Source: Monocercomonoides exilis PA203 (taxonomy: Eukaryota > Protista > Preaxostyla). From it: DNA of 64,000 bases. Both the position numbers and the translations under genes were made by a program. The number at the start of each line of letters is the position of its first letter. Within the stretch, counting starts at the first letter, position 1. Location: contig LSRY02000006.1 of NCBI GenBank assembly GCA_001643675.2, forward strand, positions 248,001 to 312,000. The letters are read 5' to 3'. Shown here piece by piece: positions 49,042 through 63,000 of this stretch. The notes under the pieces were generated by a model. That model worked only from the letters and a program-made list of their open reading frames with translations, was not told the DNA's origin and did no database searches.

Positions 49042-52000
49042 TCAACGATGAGGATCGGAGATTGAGATAACTTTACGAGTAGTTTTTATTTGTGTTGGTG
49101 AAGAAAAAAGAGAAGATGGAGTTGTAAAAGAAGCAGCTGTCATGTTTAATGATGATGGAAAAGAAGAAATTTTTATTGAAGAAGAGCGAGAAAGAGGTAC
49201 TGAAGATGTTGGAAGAGCAGTTACAGGATTGAGGATATTGTAATTCTGATGAAGCATAACTGCGTGATTTTTCCCTTTTGTTTTGTCTTTTTCTCTCCAA
49301 TTCAATGATAAATCACTAATATCCTTCTGCTTCACATGATTTTTGGCAATTGGCGATGACTGAATAACAGAATCTGAAGCTTTTGAATTAATGGTCTGAG
49401 GAGCAAATGCTGTGGTTTGAGACTGTTTACATCCAGGAGATGCAAGTGGAGAAGAAGAGCGTGAAGAGACTGGGGTGTTGGACGTTGAAGAGAGCGAGGC
49501 TGCAGACGAAGAGGAGGTCAGCAACGAAGACTGGTTCGGTGAATGAATCTGGTGCTTCGCTGTTTGTTTGGGTTGAGTGCGAGAGCGGAGATGAGACGCC
49601 GGAATGGACATTACCGAAGAAGAAGGCAGCACAGGTGAATGAACGGGAGAAGAGTTGAGCAGCGCCGGGAGAGAGGAAAGGGAGCTGGTGGGTAGAGTTG
49701 GAGCGTCGGCAGTGCTTGTGGCTGGTGAGCTAAAAGGAAATGAATAAGGCGAATGAAATGTTGGTGAAGTGGATGAGACATTGCTTTCGCAAGAGGCCAA
49801 ATGAAGTGTTTTGTCAGTGTTGTGTTTTGATGAGCAATCATTGAAAAGATGCTCATCTTTGTGAAATGAACTGTTTTGGAGGCTATTTTCGCGAAATGAA
49901 TTGGCACATGGACTATTTTCTTTATCAGAGCAGCTTTTAGCTTCTTTAATATCATAAGCTAAGGGGTGTGCATGAAATTGCTTGAATGAGGAAGATGAAG
50001 AAGAAGAGAACAAAGAAGAACGAGGGGAAGATGTGTTTCGTACAGATGTTGAGCAATCTGCACAGTTAGAGTTCAAAGTTGTGGGCTGAAGAGGAGGAAG
50101 AAGAAGGGGCTTGTGCACCACCAACTGTTCTGTCGAAGAAGAAGGATTAATTATTGGAGGCGATGAAGAAGCCTGGTTGTCTAATGAAAAAATTGGCGAT
50201 GTGGGCAAAGATGACACTGCTTCATTTGACAGCAGAGAAGTCAATGAAGAAGACGACACATTCTTCACAGGCTTCGTCAGCTGCATCGGAGTGGCGGAAG
50301 CAGACGGCGGAAGCACAGTCGACTTGTTTATTGGCTCTTTAAGTGTGGATAGAGATACGAAGTCATCCAGATTGATGGTGGAAGAGTAGGTCGAAGCAAA
50401 GTGCTTCAGATGCTGCTGCGATGAAGCCGAAGAAGAGCTTTCCTCAGACAAAGTGTCTGGTGACGGATTGTTCGAGTTCTGATTCGAAATTCTCTGTGCA
50501 AAGTGATCTGCTGTGTCACTTTTATCGTCAACTGCCTCTTGTGGAATGTTGAATGCAAACGATGCCAAATCATCGGAACTAGCCATTTTTTCGACTGCTT
50601 TTCTTTCTTCTTTCTTTTTTGTCTCCTTCGATTTTGTCTCATAAGCACTTTCTTCTGTGTCGAATATGTCGTCTTTTGTGTATTTCCTTTCTTTCAAATG
50701 ATTGTTTCCCAACAACACATCAGAAAGCATCTCAACCGAACGCTGCGAAGCTTTCTTTGAAAGATTGCGCAAATTCTTCACTTCATTGATTTCTCCTATT
50801 TCTTGTTTTGAAGCTGTTTCTTCCTTGTTGCTGTTGTGTGTATCATTCAGGTTATCATAAGTTGGCAAATGAGGAAGCATTTCTGAGGCAGTCGGAATGC
50901 ACCTGGTGCAATTGGTGGAGTCTGAATGGAGAGGCAATAAAGATATCCCATTTGAAGACAAAGAAGCAGAGGAAGCAGAAGTGGAAGAAGAAGAAGATGA
51001 TGATGATGAAGGTAAAGCAAAAGTTGATTTGTCATTTAGAGCGGGCAGTGTTATATTATTTGTGCCAGCTTTCAATTCTTTTTGCTTGTTTGTGTGTTTC
51101 TTTGATTCATCGCGCATTTTGTCAGATTTGCGTTCATATTCAAAAGGAATAGGTGTGTAGCACTCGACATCTCTTATCTGATTACACTGTTCTGCTCTTT
51201 CATTTGTTCTCCATTCCAATGGAGAAGAAGAGGAAGATGCAGATGATGAAGGAAAGGCCGTTGCCTGCTGCATCGAAGAAGGAGCTGGTGAGGTTGATCG
51301 AGAAAATGCCAAGGATGTATTTTTTGATGTTGGAGGAAAATAGAACGAAGGATTCGGAGAGGAAGAGGAGGAGGAGGATGATGATGAAGCATCTAACTGG
51401 ACTGACATCATCGAAGAAGAGGTCTGCATAGAAAATGATTCTTGTGTCTGCATATTTCCGCGTGTGTATTTTGGCTGAGACGAATGTTTCGAAGCATCTC
51501 CTTTCAAAGACAACTCGATGAAAGATTGTTGTAAATTGGCAACTGCCCTTTCTTTTGAGTTCTTCTTTTGTTTGTCTTTCTCCTTTTCTTTCTCTTTTTC
51601 TTTCTCCTTCTCCTTCTCCTTCTTTGTGTGTGAGACAACTGAAGCTTGAGATTGCATTGTGCTCTGTTGAAGTGATGGCAAAACCACTTGTTTTGATTGA
51701 TTTGTGGATTTTCCTTTGCTTTTTTCTGCTTTTTTGCTTTTTGGTGGTTCGAATTCAGCAACTGGATGCAAAACATTGTCCTTTGAAATATCTTTTAATT
51801 TTTGCTTTATTTTCACTTTTTCCTTTTCTTTCTCTTTCTCGTTCTCGTTCTCGTTATCTGCATTTCTTCTTTTCTCATTGGCTTTGTGATCACTATATTC
51901 TTCATTCGGAGATGAAGAAAATGAAAATGACGAAGAAGAATGAGCTGTTAAGCGAGGCATTTGAATGTCTGCCCCATTTTGTGACGAAATATGTGGATAC

Positions 52001-53559
52001 TTTTCATTCATTCCTGCAAAATATCTTTTTATGAAATGTATTGTTTTTGAGAATCCACAATGATTTAGTTGTTTTGAGATACAAACATTCAAATAAAAGA
52101 AGAAAGATAACATTAAATTGCAAATACATTTTTTCATATAAATTAAAATAAAATAACAGCAGAAGCACACGGATGCTCCAAGGCCTGCTTTGCAGTCAGC
52201 CTTTCGTTCGGATCCATTTTCAGCAGCGATTTTGTGAAATTCAGGCATTTGCGTGACATCCGACCCAAAAAACGCCTTTCTAATGTTTCTGGGCGGGACA
52301 CAACTGGAAGAGAGGAATGGGAATACGCTGGGCACTTGTGAAATAGCTGGGATAACAAAAGATGTTAACAGAACGCAAAACCAAAAAATTAAGCATTAAA
52401 AAAAACGATCAATGAAAAAAGAAAATCTTGCTGTATGATAAAGGTACTTTCTTTTATATTATTTCGCTCATTTTCCAAATCGAGCCTCAATCTCTCGTTT
52501 GTTTGAAAAGGCAAACCTCTTTCTGTTTTGGGGTAATTGGACCAAGCATTTTTTGAATAATATTCAATTGGTCCAGATCACTTTCTCCGGGAAATAATGG
52601 CTGTCCATCGCTCAATTCAGCAATAATACAGCCAATTGCCCACATGTCGACAGCTGGGGTGTAATTAGTTGTGCTGTTTGTCAAGTCATATTGATTTAAA
52701 GAAAAATGTTTGAAAAATATAATGTTTCAAAATTTTTGTTTTATTTCTTTAACTGCTGCAAAAGGCAAACCAAAGTAACAATTCTGGTGCTCTATACCAC
52801 CTTGTTGCAACGTAATCAGTATAATCACCTCGATTACTCATAAATCGTGCAAATCCTAAGATTGTTTTTTGACAAGTACATTGATGAAAGATAATTCGAA
52901 TGTGTGTTGATGATAATGCAAATAAAACAACAATAAATAAAACTGACACGCACCAAAATCACAAAGTTTGACCTCTCCATTGGTGCATACAAGAAGATTC
53001 TCTGGTTTAATGTCTGTAAATAATTTGTTCAAAAATGGAAAAATGTGTAAAGAAAATGATAAAATTGCCGAAACCTCGATGAATAATGGAATTTCGATGA
53101 CAATATTCGATTGCTCTGCACAACTGCCAAATATAAAACTGGACAGTTTCTTCGTCCAATCCATCAGGACTTTCTTCGAGAATCTCCAAAAGATTTTTTT
53201 CGCAAAATTCGAATACAAGATATAATCTACTTCTGCGCTTGAACGCCTCTATAAGATTGACTATATTAATGTGATGAAGAAGTTTCAAAATTTTGACTTC
53301 CCTAATAATAATCTTTCGGTCTGCTTCATCTTCTGTTGATAAATGCTCCATTATACAAAAAACATATGTGAAAAAAATATTTACATGCCTCCATCTCCCT
53401 TGAATTTCTTGACAGCAACAAATTCGCCGGTTTCTTTATTTCGACATCTAAGGACCACTCCATATGCTCCTGATAAAAATTCAAATCGCAAAAATAATAA
53501 GCAAAAAATTAAAAATTAATGCCTTCTCCTTGAATGCATAATATGTCGTATTTGTTCAT
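49042..53559 (-). CDS. CDKL5: CDKL5/LF5-like CMGC protein kinase with a ~1000-aa Ser-rich C-terminal tail (8 exons inferred)
   Basis: Spliced: [134 protein letters not shown], continuing in the frame of ORF 49042..52335. KKFK, TDY and [13 protein letters not shown] are CDKL/CDKL5 signatures. Confidence 0.88.
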
Positions 53560-54050
53560 TCTAAAGCCTGAAAAAACAATTTGATGTGATTGGAGTGATC
53601 TGGGCCATATTTACATGATGTTTATTTAACAGTTTTGACAAATTTTATATGTTTAATTCGTCTAATCAAAGAAACTGCATTGATTAATTTATCCTTTTTC
53701 AAATAATTCCATGTTTCTCATAAATGGAAACTGTAATTCAGATTAACTTGAAATAAAACATCAAATATTTTTTATCTGGAAAAAAATATGAGTTGCTTTT
53801 TTTGGAGAAAATATCATAAAACTAAGTAAACTCCAAAAATTAATATCAAAATAATGATAATAATATAATAATTTTGTTATAAAAAATTTTAAATGAAATA
53901 AAAGATAATATTTATATATCAGAAATTACACAAGAACACATAATCCAACAAATATAATATTGACAATACAATATAAAAAATAATATAATTTTAAAAAAAT
54001 AAAAATATACGTTATCATGGGCTTCGAATTTGCCTTTCAGAAATATTTTT

Positions 54051-57000
54051 TTATTCACACAATTTTTTTAACCGTTCCTTTTCTATTCTTTTTTGCTCCT
54101 CCAAATATTCTTCAAATATGCTGGCATTTGAATCCTCTTTTTTACTCCTCTTTCTCTTTGGCCCCTCAGCCAGTTTCATCCCTCTTTTCCATCTCCCTTC
54201 GTTGCAGTACAAGATAATCATGCTCAGCTCCATCATCACGTCCCTCTTCCTCTCTTCGTCCCACGCCACATCCCTTCGAAAAAGCAGCATCTGCTTCTTC
54301 GCTTCCCTCTTCTCCTTTTCGTCCATCCCTGAAAACACCCCGCTTTCATTCAGCAGCTTCTCCCGCCTCTCGTTCTCTGCCTCGTTGCTTCCTCCCCTCA
54401 AAATAGCATCTGCAATAGAATTCGCACTGCTCATAGAAGAAAACGCTGTTCCAGCTGTATTTGTGTCTCCTTTTGTTGTTGTCAGAATCGAAGGCGGAGG
54501 CAGAGGCGGCAGAGGCGGAGCAGATGAGCCCTGCTGCTCGCACATTTGCATGCGCTTCTTCCACTCCAGACTCTGTTTGTGGTGCTCAATCAGCAAGTGC
54601 CCGTCTCTGTTTGCTTGAGAGACAGATGAAAGTGCAGAGGAAGAAGGCAAGTTTGACGCTGCATTGTTGTTTGACTGTGGAGAACGATACAAGCCATCTT
54701 CAGCCACACGCCACACGAAGAAGCGAGAGGGCGACTCAAACAGCTCATTAATGACTGGCTGTGCAACTGGCGATGCTTTGAGCACATCTTCTGCTCCGAT
54801 TGATGATTCATTGGACGACTTCAATCGGGTGAACGCCTTTTCGACAGCGCTTCGGTTGCATCTGAGGATAAACTGGAGACATTTGGCTGATTCGAGTGCG
54901 ATAAGAGATGTGGTTGGTGTTGAGACAAGCGCAGACAGATGGGGAACAGGCAGCGTGTTGTGCAGCTGGCTTATGTGCGATGAAAATGAGGCGTTTGAAT
55001 AAGAAGAAGAAGAAATGCCTGAAGAAGAGTTTGAAGAAGACGCTTTTGAGTAAGCAGAAGCAGGCGAGCTGTGTGAAGAAGATGAAGGATCGTCGTCGAA
55101 GAGCAGATAAGACGTGGAAGTTGGCGTTGACATCTCAGAAAATGAAGAAGGTGAAGAAACAGTGCTAACAGTCGGAAGAGATGCAAATGAGGAAGTAGAA
55201 GGAGAATGCAACAGACTGTTGATGGAAGGCGAGAAGGAAGGAGAAGTGGCGAGAAGAGGCAGAGGAAGGGTGCAGGGGCAGAAGAGGCATAAGAACAGCA
55301 GTGATGGGATGGTATTTGATGTCAGCAAATAAGAGACGATCTTTGAGGCAGAGGAAGGCAAAGAAGGAGCAGACGAAGATGAAGAAGAAGAAGAAGAAGA
55401 AGATGAAGCATCTGAAGACGAAAAGTTAGTTGATTGCATATAATCTTTGCTTTCTGCAGGTTCATCGTTCTCCTTCTCGCACTTCCTCTTTTTCTCCTTC
55501 CTCAGAATTGTACTGTCTAAATCATTCATTATTTTCTCTGCGCCAGCCACGCGAAACATCTTCTGCGCAAACCGCATCGACGACACACGCCTCACTGGCG
55601 CCTGAAGAGACGCAGAAAATGCGTGGAAAGCGCTGCTGAGCAGAGAAAGCAGCATGCACAGCCCCAAATGAATCAGTCCAAATAGGAACGGATCTTGTAA
55701 CAGCAGAACAGAAGCAGGCTGTGAGGAATATCTGAATGATTGTCTGTTCTGAGGCTTCGTCGACTGGATGGAAAGCTGTTTTGTGACGTTAGTCGCTCGT
55801 GTGTGTCTGAAGCAGAACACAATTGATTGGATCAAGGGAAGTTCTTCAGTGGATCCAAAGAGCTGCTTCTTTCTCTCTTCCACAAGTCTCGTTGTGCTGT
55901 TCATTTCAGACGAATGTTTCCCTCTTGTTTTATCTTTGCCCTTTCTGGAAGAGTTTGTTCGGCTTTCTTCTTCCACCTCGTCATCGTTTGTGATGACATC
56001 GTTGTTTGGATATGAAAGTGGAATGATTCCGTTGTTCATGTGCTGCACAACCGCTGGCACACACAGCGAAAGCAAAGACACAACACATTCAGCCACAAGC
56101 TGGTTGTGGAGCTGGCGAAGATCTGTGAATGTGATTTTTGGGAGAGCAGAAGAAGAAGACGATGATGATGAACTGTTGGAACTGGTTGAATCTCTGTTTT
56201 GAGTTGTTGGTGATGTCAGTTCTTCTTTTTGATCCTTTGAAGAAGTCGTACCATTATTATTATGTTGGTCTTGTTGTGTCATCATTTCTTCACTCGCATC
56301 CAGAACCTGAGGCGTCTGAGGTGCAGAAGAAGCAGAAGCAAGTGGGTCAGATGAAGCACCATCACGCATAAAACCGTCAAATTGTGGAGTTGGAGGCAAT
56401 GAAGGGAGCAATGGTGTTTGTGGCAAAGGTGGAGGAGACGGGGTGGTTGGAGGTGATGGAGGCGGTGGAGGCAAAGGAGGAAGCGACTCAGACCCATCCA
56501 GATTGTCTTCAATGATATTGTCACTTCTGTCAGTTGTTTCATCTGCACTGCTGGCAGCAAACTCTCCTTCATTAAGAACAGTGTTGACAAGCGGCGGGGC
56601 TGAGGGTATTGAGCCAGAGGACGGAGGGAATGAAGGCGGACGTCTTTGTGGTGGAAGCGGGATCGCATTGATTGAAGCAGGCCTGGAAATAAGCGGAGAA
56701 ACAAGAGATTTTCCTTTTTTGTTTTTGTTCAACAGCCGTCTTTGCAATGCAAACGAAGGTAGCTGACGAACCGCGTTGATAGTTGGTTTGTATTCGTCGA
56801 ATGAAGGAACAGGCACTTCGGGTGTGTAGCTCTTCTGATGCAGTGCACGAAGCGACGGAGGCATCGGAGGGATGGGCGGAGGACGCGAAAGAGGAAACTG
56901 GGCAGGCAGCGATGCATGTGCAGTGGAAGAGGAAGAGAGCAGATTTGAGGGTGTTGGACGATCTGGTGTTGCTATTTGTGTGTGAGACACATGAACGAGA

Positions 57001-60000
57001 GGAGAAGATGCTGCCACTTCGTGTGGGTGCTTGTCGGTTGCTTCGTTTCTGTGCAAACGAGAAGGAGATGGCGCAGATGGAGTTGGGGAATTGGGCGTGC
57101 CTTCAAGATACTCTTTGATGAATCCACTGTGTGGAAGCGAATTGTTAAATTCTTTGTATTGTTATTGAAATTATAGGAAAATTATAAAGAATTATTGAAA
57201 AAATATCAATAACCAAAGTTTATAATCAAAAAAATAGATTTTCAAATTGTAAAAATTCAAACCAATCATATTGTCATTCCTCATTTCCGCTTCAATCTTC
57301 TTTTCTTCAAATGGAATCAGTGGATGCAGCACTCCATTTACTGACTCTGGACAGGCAATCCATTGAGCATGCAATGTCTTAAGACAATCACTGGCAACAA
57401 TTAAGCAGCTGAAGCAGTGGAAAATGCAGCTGTAGATTTCAGACAGGAAAGATGTTCGGACTGAAAGAAGTGGATCTTCTGTTGTAAAAGTATTGCTATT
57501 TACTCCATTTTTTGATGATTCATTTGTTTTCTCGTCTTCTTCCTCTGACAAATGTGATGATGGGAAAAACGAGTGGATAACTTTGCATGTGCTGGTGACA
57601 TAATCAGCAAGGGCAGGGAAGATGACACAGCGCAGACATCTGCAGATGATTTCGACGCCTTTGTTTGCAATGAATCGGGTGGATGGAGTTGTGGGATGGT
57701 GTGGAAGAGAGGAGTAAGAGGAGGAGGAGAAAGAAGAGGGAGAAGAGGAGGAGAGCGTTGTTGGAGGGAGTAGCAATGATAAGGTGAGTAAAGATGAAAT
57801 AACAGAAAGAAGCGGAGAAAGAACAACTGGAAGGGAATATAATGGAGAATATCGCGTTTCCTCGAACAAACGAGTCGATGGCGTTGCTGCATTTGCTGAT
57901 GGAATTGAACAAGAATCACTTGAATTCTGCTGCAGATGGTGTGAACGATGTGATTGGGTGATCTTTTCGTTGCTCATTGCGCCTTCAGCATTGATTTCGC
58001 TCTGAACAACAATTCTCTCTAAAAGTGACAGGAAAAACACGATGTCCAACGATGGCGTATTGTATGGAATTTTGACAAATGAAGAGGAAGAAGAAGAAGA
58101 AGAAGAAGAAGAAGAAGAAGAAGAAGAAGAAGAAGATGCAAAAGAAGCAACAACCTCTTCACTTTTGTCTGTCTCAATTTTCTGTTTGTCTTTCAAGTTG
58201 ATTTTCCTCTTGTTGTCATTTCTGCATGATATGAACTTCTTCCACTGGTGTTCAAATTTGGCTGTTGTATTTGGCTGAGTAGCCAACTGTGGATGGGCAA
58301 TCAGAAGAACGCTCAAAAAGCGGAGTAAAGAAGCGATTGTGGCAGAGTTAGTGATTGACACAGAAGGATTGGATGAAGAATTGGGTGAAGGAGAAGTGGT
58401 TGAATCTGAGGAAAGAGAAGAAGAATCAAAAAGAGTGTTCTTATCTTTGGCTTCTTTCTCTCTTTCATGGCGAGATTCTTTGGAAGAATTTATGTTAAGC
58501 AATCGATCTTTGACAAGCTTCGTAGCTTCTTCCACAACTATTTCTGGATCGTCTTTACAACAACTTAATTTATTGTTTCTTTCATTTGATTTGTCATCAA
58601 CGCTCCAAGCAAGCCTTCGCATAGGAGAAGAAATCAACTGTGTCATTTCATTCTTTTGTGTTGAATTCATTGAGAAGTCCTGTTCTGTCTCAAATGGAGC
58701 CACACAAGGCAAGCAGAGAATGCTATTTTCACTCAGCTCTGCGATGACAGCGAGTGCAGAAGCCGCGATGGACATGGCCCCAAACGGAGACAGCTGCTCA
58801 AGCCGCACAAAAGGCGGGTAGCAGAGAAGAAGAGAGATTGGGAGGCGGGTGAGAGAGAGGAAGAAGCGGTGGGAGAGTGTGGAGTGTAATGGAAGAGACA
58901 AAGAATAAGATGACAACGCTGTGAAAGAAGGATGTTGGATGAACGTCCCGTTGAGAACAAGATCGGAACTGGAATCTGACTGCGCGGACGAAGATGAAGA
59001 AGCAGAGGAAGTGGAAGAAGAAACAGCAGTTGCAGTTGCCGTTGAGCGTATTCCAGCGAGTGCCCCAAGCTCTAATGCAGCCAGCATGTCTGTTGAGTCA
59101 GAGCCTCTCCACGGTGAATCCGACTCGAACACTGCTCTGTCTGGGTCGAAGTCGTCCACGCCAACAACACCCACCTCGCTGCGCATCTTCGACAGCGTCA
59201 TCAGCATCATCTCTGCTCTTTCGCCGTTCGCTCTGTTCTCTTCTTCTCGGAACCCGAACCTGCCTCGCCTGTCATCGTCCTCTTCATAGCAGAAGGCATC
59301 GAGCTCGTCTGTGTCTTTGTCTGAGTCGTCCCTGTCTGCTGCAGTGTGATTGCATTCTCCCTGTGAATGATATCTTCCGTGCTGCACAAAGCTGCCCTGT
59401 GCTTTTCTGTTGCTTCGCAGTCTCCTGCCCCATCCGGTGAATCCTCTCCGGCGCTTTATGAATGGCTGGAAGAAAAGAGGAGAAGGAAACACAGCAGCAA
59501 ACCAGTCGTCGGCAAAAAGAGAGCAAAAGATGAAGTCGACATCGCGGACGATGCTATTAAAGACAGCAGGAGAAGAAAAGAGGGGAGAAAGAGGAGAAAT
59601 AAGAGGATGGGAAGAGAGTGTGCGTGAGGGTGATAGAGACAGCTCTTGTGAGGTTATTTTGAGGGCAGAGGAAGAAAGAGGAGTGAGTGGAATGTCTGAA
59701 GAAAGAGGGAGATAACGCACTGTGCAGAATGGAGGATGAGGCAGTGGGAATACCGTTGTGGGCTGCAGAACACGTGACTTTGAAGAAGGACGTTTGGATT
59801 GTTGAGGTTCTGTGCTCACAGAAGAAGAATCATTTCCATTGCGTTTTTGTGCTATTTCAACAAGTTTTGAAGTTGAAGGAGGGTTGATGAACCATTCAAA
59901 TGGATTGTCTGATAATTCGGTTATGAAATCAGAAAGAAGAGCAGACGCTGTGCTTTTCAGTGTGACGGCAGAGGAGCTGTTCCAAATGGTGTTGGCAAAA

Positions 60001-63000
60001 AGAGGAGGAAGAGAGGAAGCAGAAGAAGAGGAATTTGATGTGAAAAGCTGAGGATAAGAAGAAGTAATTGTTGTTGTGATTTCTTGTGAACCAGATGCAG
60101 ATGAAGATGAATAAATTGCAATGAGATTGGCAAACTCGAAAAGAGGAAGCGGATGAAGCGGGCGAAGAATCTGCAGAAGAATCGAAGGAATGAACGTTGT
60201 TGTTGGATTGGAGGAGATGATGAAAGAGGAGGAAGAAGGAATGTGCGAAAAAGACGTTCGCAAAAGAGGCTGAGGAAAAGTGAATCCAGATGATGATGAA
60301 GAAGATATCGAAGAAGTTGAAGAAGCAGAAGAAGAAGAAGATTTAACAGAACTCATTTCTGTGTTTGCATTGCCTTCGATGTCAGGAGAAAACACGAGGG
60401 CGTCATCGGGTCTGCAGACAAACAGAAGAGATAGCAGAGAAGGCGGAAGAGCAGCAAGCAAGACAGATGAAGGCATTAGAGAAGTGACAGAATAAGGAAG
60501 CACTGCCAAATAAGAAGAAGAAACATTTGAAGCTGATTGTTCATTTGATGAAGAATATGCAGAAGCGAATGAAAGATCGTTTACAGCCAGAATCAGCGCC
60601 TGCCAGCTGAATGAAGAAGGAGCAAAGGATAGTTCAATTGCTTGCAATGGATTGATTACAAGTGTTGGGTCAGACTTCATTGCGAGCTGCTGTACGAGAG
60701 AAGGGGCGGAGAGGAAGAATGAAAGAGAAGGGGAGAAAGAGGAAGAGGCAGAAGAAGAGGAAGAGGAAGAAGATGATGATGATCCTAAAGGCAAAGAAGG
60801 AGAGGACAAAGGAACCAGAGAAGACATGTTGGAGAGAGAATTCAGAAAGTGGAATGACTTCATCGAAGGAGAAGGACGATGAAAGCGGGGTGACTGCATT
60901 GGAGAAGAGGCAGTAAAAGGAGAAGAGGAAGAAGAGGAAGAGGAAGGATTAAATGAAACAGAGTGCATATGCGCTGAGCGCTTGATCGGTGTTGATGCAC
61001 CAAACAGCATGTCTTGCATCTGGTGTGTTGTTATCTTCATTCTTGTTGCCTGCTTCTTGTTCAATTTTGCTGCCTCTTTCTCTCTGTGACGCTTCTCATT
61101 CATCACAGCCACCACCACACAGAACTTCAGCAGTGCAGCTGTGTCAGCATCGACCCCTTCCTTCAAAACATGCAGCAGAAACGCATTCAAACCAGACTGT
61201 TCAATCTGAGACTGTGCAGCCAGTTGAGAGGGATGGAGCGAGTCGAGTGAGAAAAGAGAGAGAAGAAGGCGGGAGCTTGTTTGGCGGATGGGGGGAGAAG
61301 GCAGGAGGAGGCAGCGGCTGATCAGATGGAGCATGAACGGTGGGGGAACAGAAGATGGCGAAAGTGACTGAGAACTCAATGGAGAGTCAATTGATAAATA
61401 TGAAGGTGATCTGTCTGTGTTGTTGTTCTGCTTGGCTTTTTCTGCCTCGTTGCGTCTTTCCATCAGGTTGTTGAATGTCTTCCAATCGCCCCAGGCGCCA
61501 AATGAATGTGGGAAGGCGTTGATGACATGGTGCAGTGAGTCTATTGCGAGAAGGAGAAGAGACAAAGTGTCTGGCGGAGAGAACAGAAGCAAGGAAAGCG
61601 ATAGAGCAGGGAGCGAAGAAGGAGAAGGAATGTTTTGGGTAGATTTCTGTGATGTTTTGGAGAAAGCGACTTCGGAAGGCAAAAAGCTGGCATTGTCTGT
61701 GTTGTTCATCCACCAATAGTTCTTCTTGTTCTCTTTGATTTCGGCTAAGATGCTGTGTGCTGTTTCAGAAGAGATGGAAAGAGGGAAGGGTGTGAAAAGC
61801 GATAAGATGGCACCTCCTCGCATCATCCTTGCTGCTGCTCCCCATTCGCCATTTGGCTGTTCATAAAGAGATGATTCGTCTTCAACTTCTTCTTCTGCTT
61901 CTTCCTCCTCCTCCTCTTCATTGTTGCTATCGTCGTCTTCCGATTCAATTTCATCTGATTCTTCGCTGCTTTCATCGTCACTCTGCACATCTTCGCTTCT
62001 TTTGCCTTTCTTTTTCAAATTGCCCTTTTCAGCAGTGTCGTCTCCTTCTTCTTCAATTCTTCTGATTCTTTTTTCATCTCTTTCCAACTCGCTGTCTGCC
62101 TCTTCATCATCGCTCTTATTCCCACTCTGTAAATTGTCTCTATCAACTTCTTCGTTAAGCAGTCTTTCGTCTCCGCTGAGCAGTTTTCCTTTCCTTCCTT
62201 TTTCTTTTTCTTTTTCCTTTTGTCTGCGTTGTGCCTGTCTTCTGATGGTTTCGCTGAGCGGTGTTGCCTGCAATGCGGCAGACACGTCATCTTCATCAGC
62301 GTCAATGTCAAACAGCTCAAAGGATGACTGAGATATTGAAGATCCACTGCTAAATGAAGAAGATGAGGAGGATGAATAAGAAGATGGTGAGAGAGAAGAA
62401 GAAGAAGAAGATTCATCTGAAGATAGTTCAACATCTGAATCTTGTTCTATCAGAAGAGGGGAAGGCGTTGTTTCACTTCCTCCTTCTTTCCCTTCTCTTT
62501 TCTCAGATCTTATTATCATTTCATTTTTGCTCCTTTGTTCTCTCAGTCTCTTCTTTTCGTCAGCTTTCTTCTTCGCTTTCTCCTCTCTTTCTTTTCTCTT
62601 CTTCTCTCTTCTTTCCTGTTTTTCCTGTTTGCTCTGTTCTGTTTCCTCTTTCTTTTCTTTCTCTTTACGATGCGTTTTCCTTCTTCTTGTCCTTTCTTCC
62701 CCATTTCCTCCATATCGCGCAGTGAGTGGCGACGCAGATGGCACATACGAAGAGAAGCTGAACGGAGATTGCTTCTGAGGCGACGAAAGCACACTCCATT
62801 GGGAAGGTGAGTGTGGTGGGGTGTGATACCCTAAGAGTGAAGAGGAAGAAAAAGAGGTGGAAGAAGAATGGCCCAGTGGAGAAGGGTTGGCAGATGCGTT
62901 GAGTGGTGAGGACGACAAAAAGCGAATTGTGGCTGTCATCGAAACCGGAGACTGAGAAAAATTGGTTGAAAATCGCTTGTTTTGCGGGGAGTCATATTGT

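Noticed and set aside
52026-52335. N-terminus of ORF 49042..52335 as an independent gene start
   Set aside because: This part overlaps a kinase exon in another frame plus an intron; the long frame is the spliced tail of the CDKL5-like kinase.
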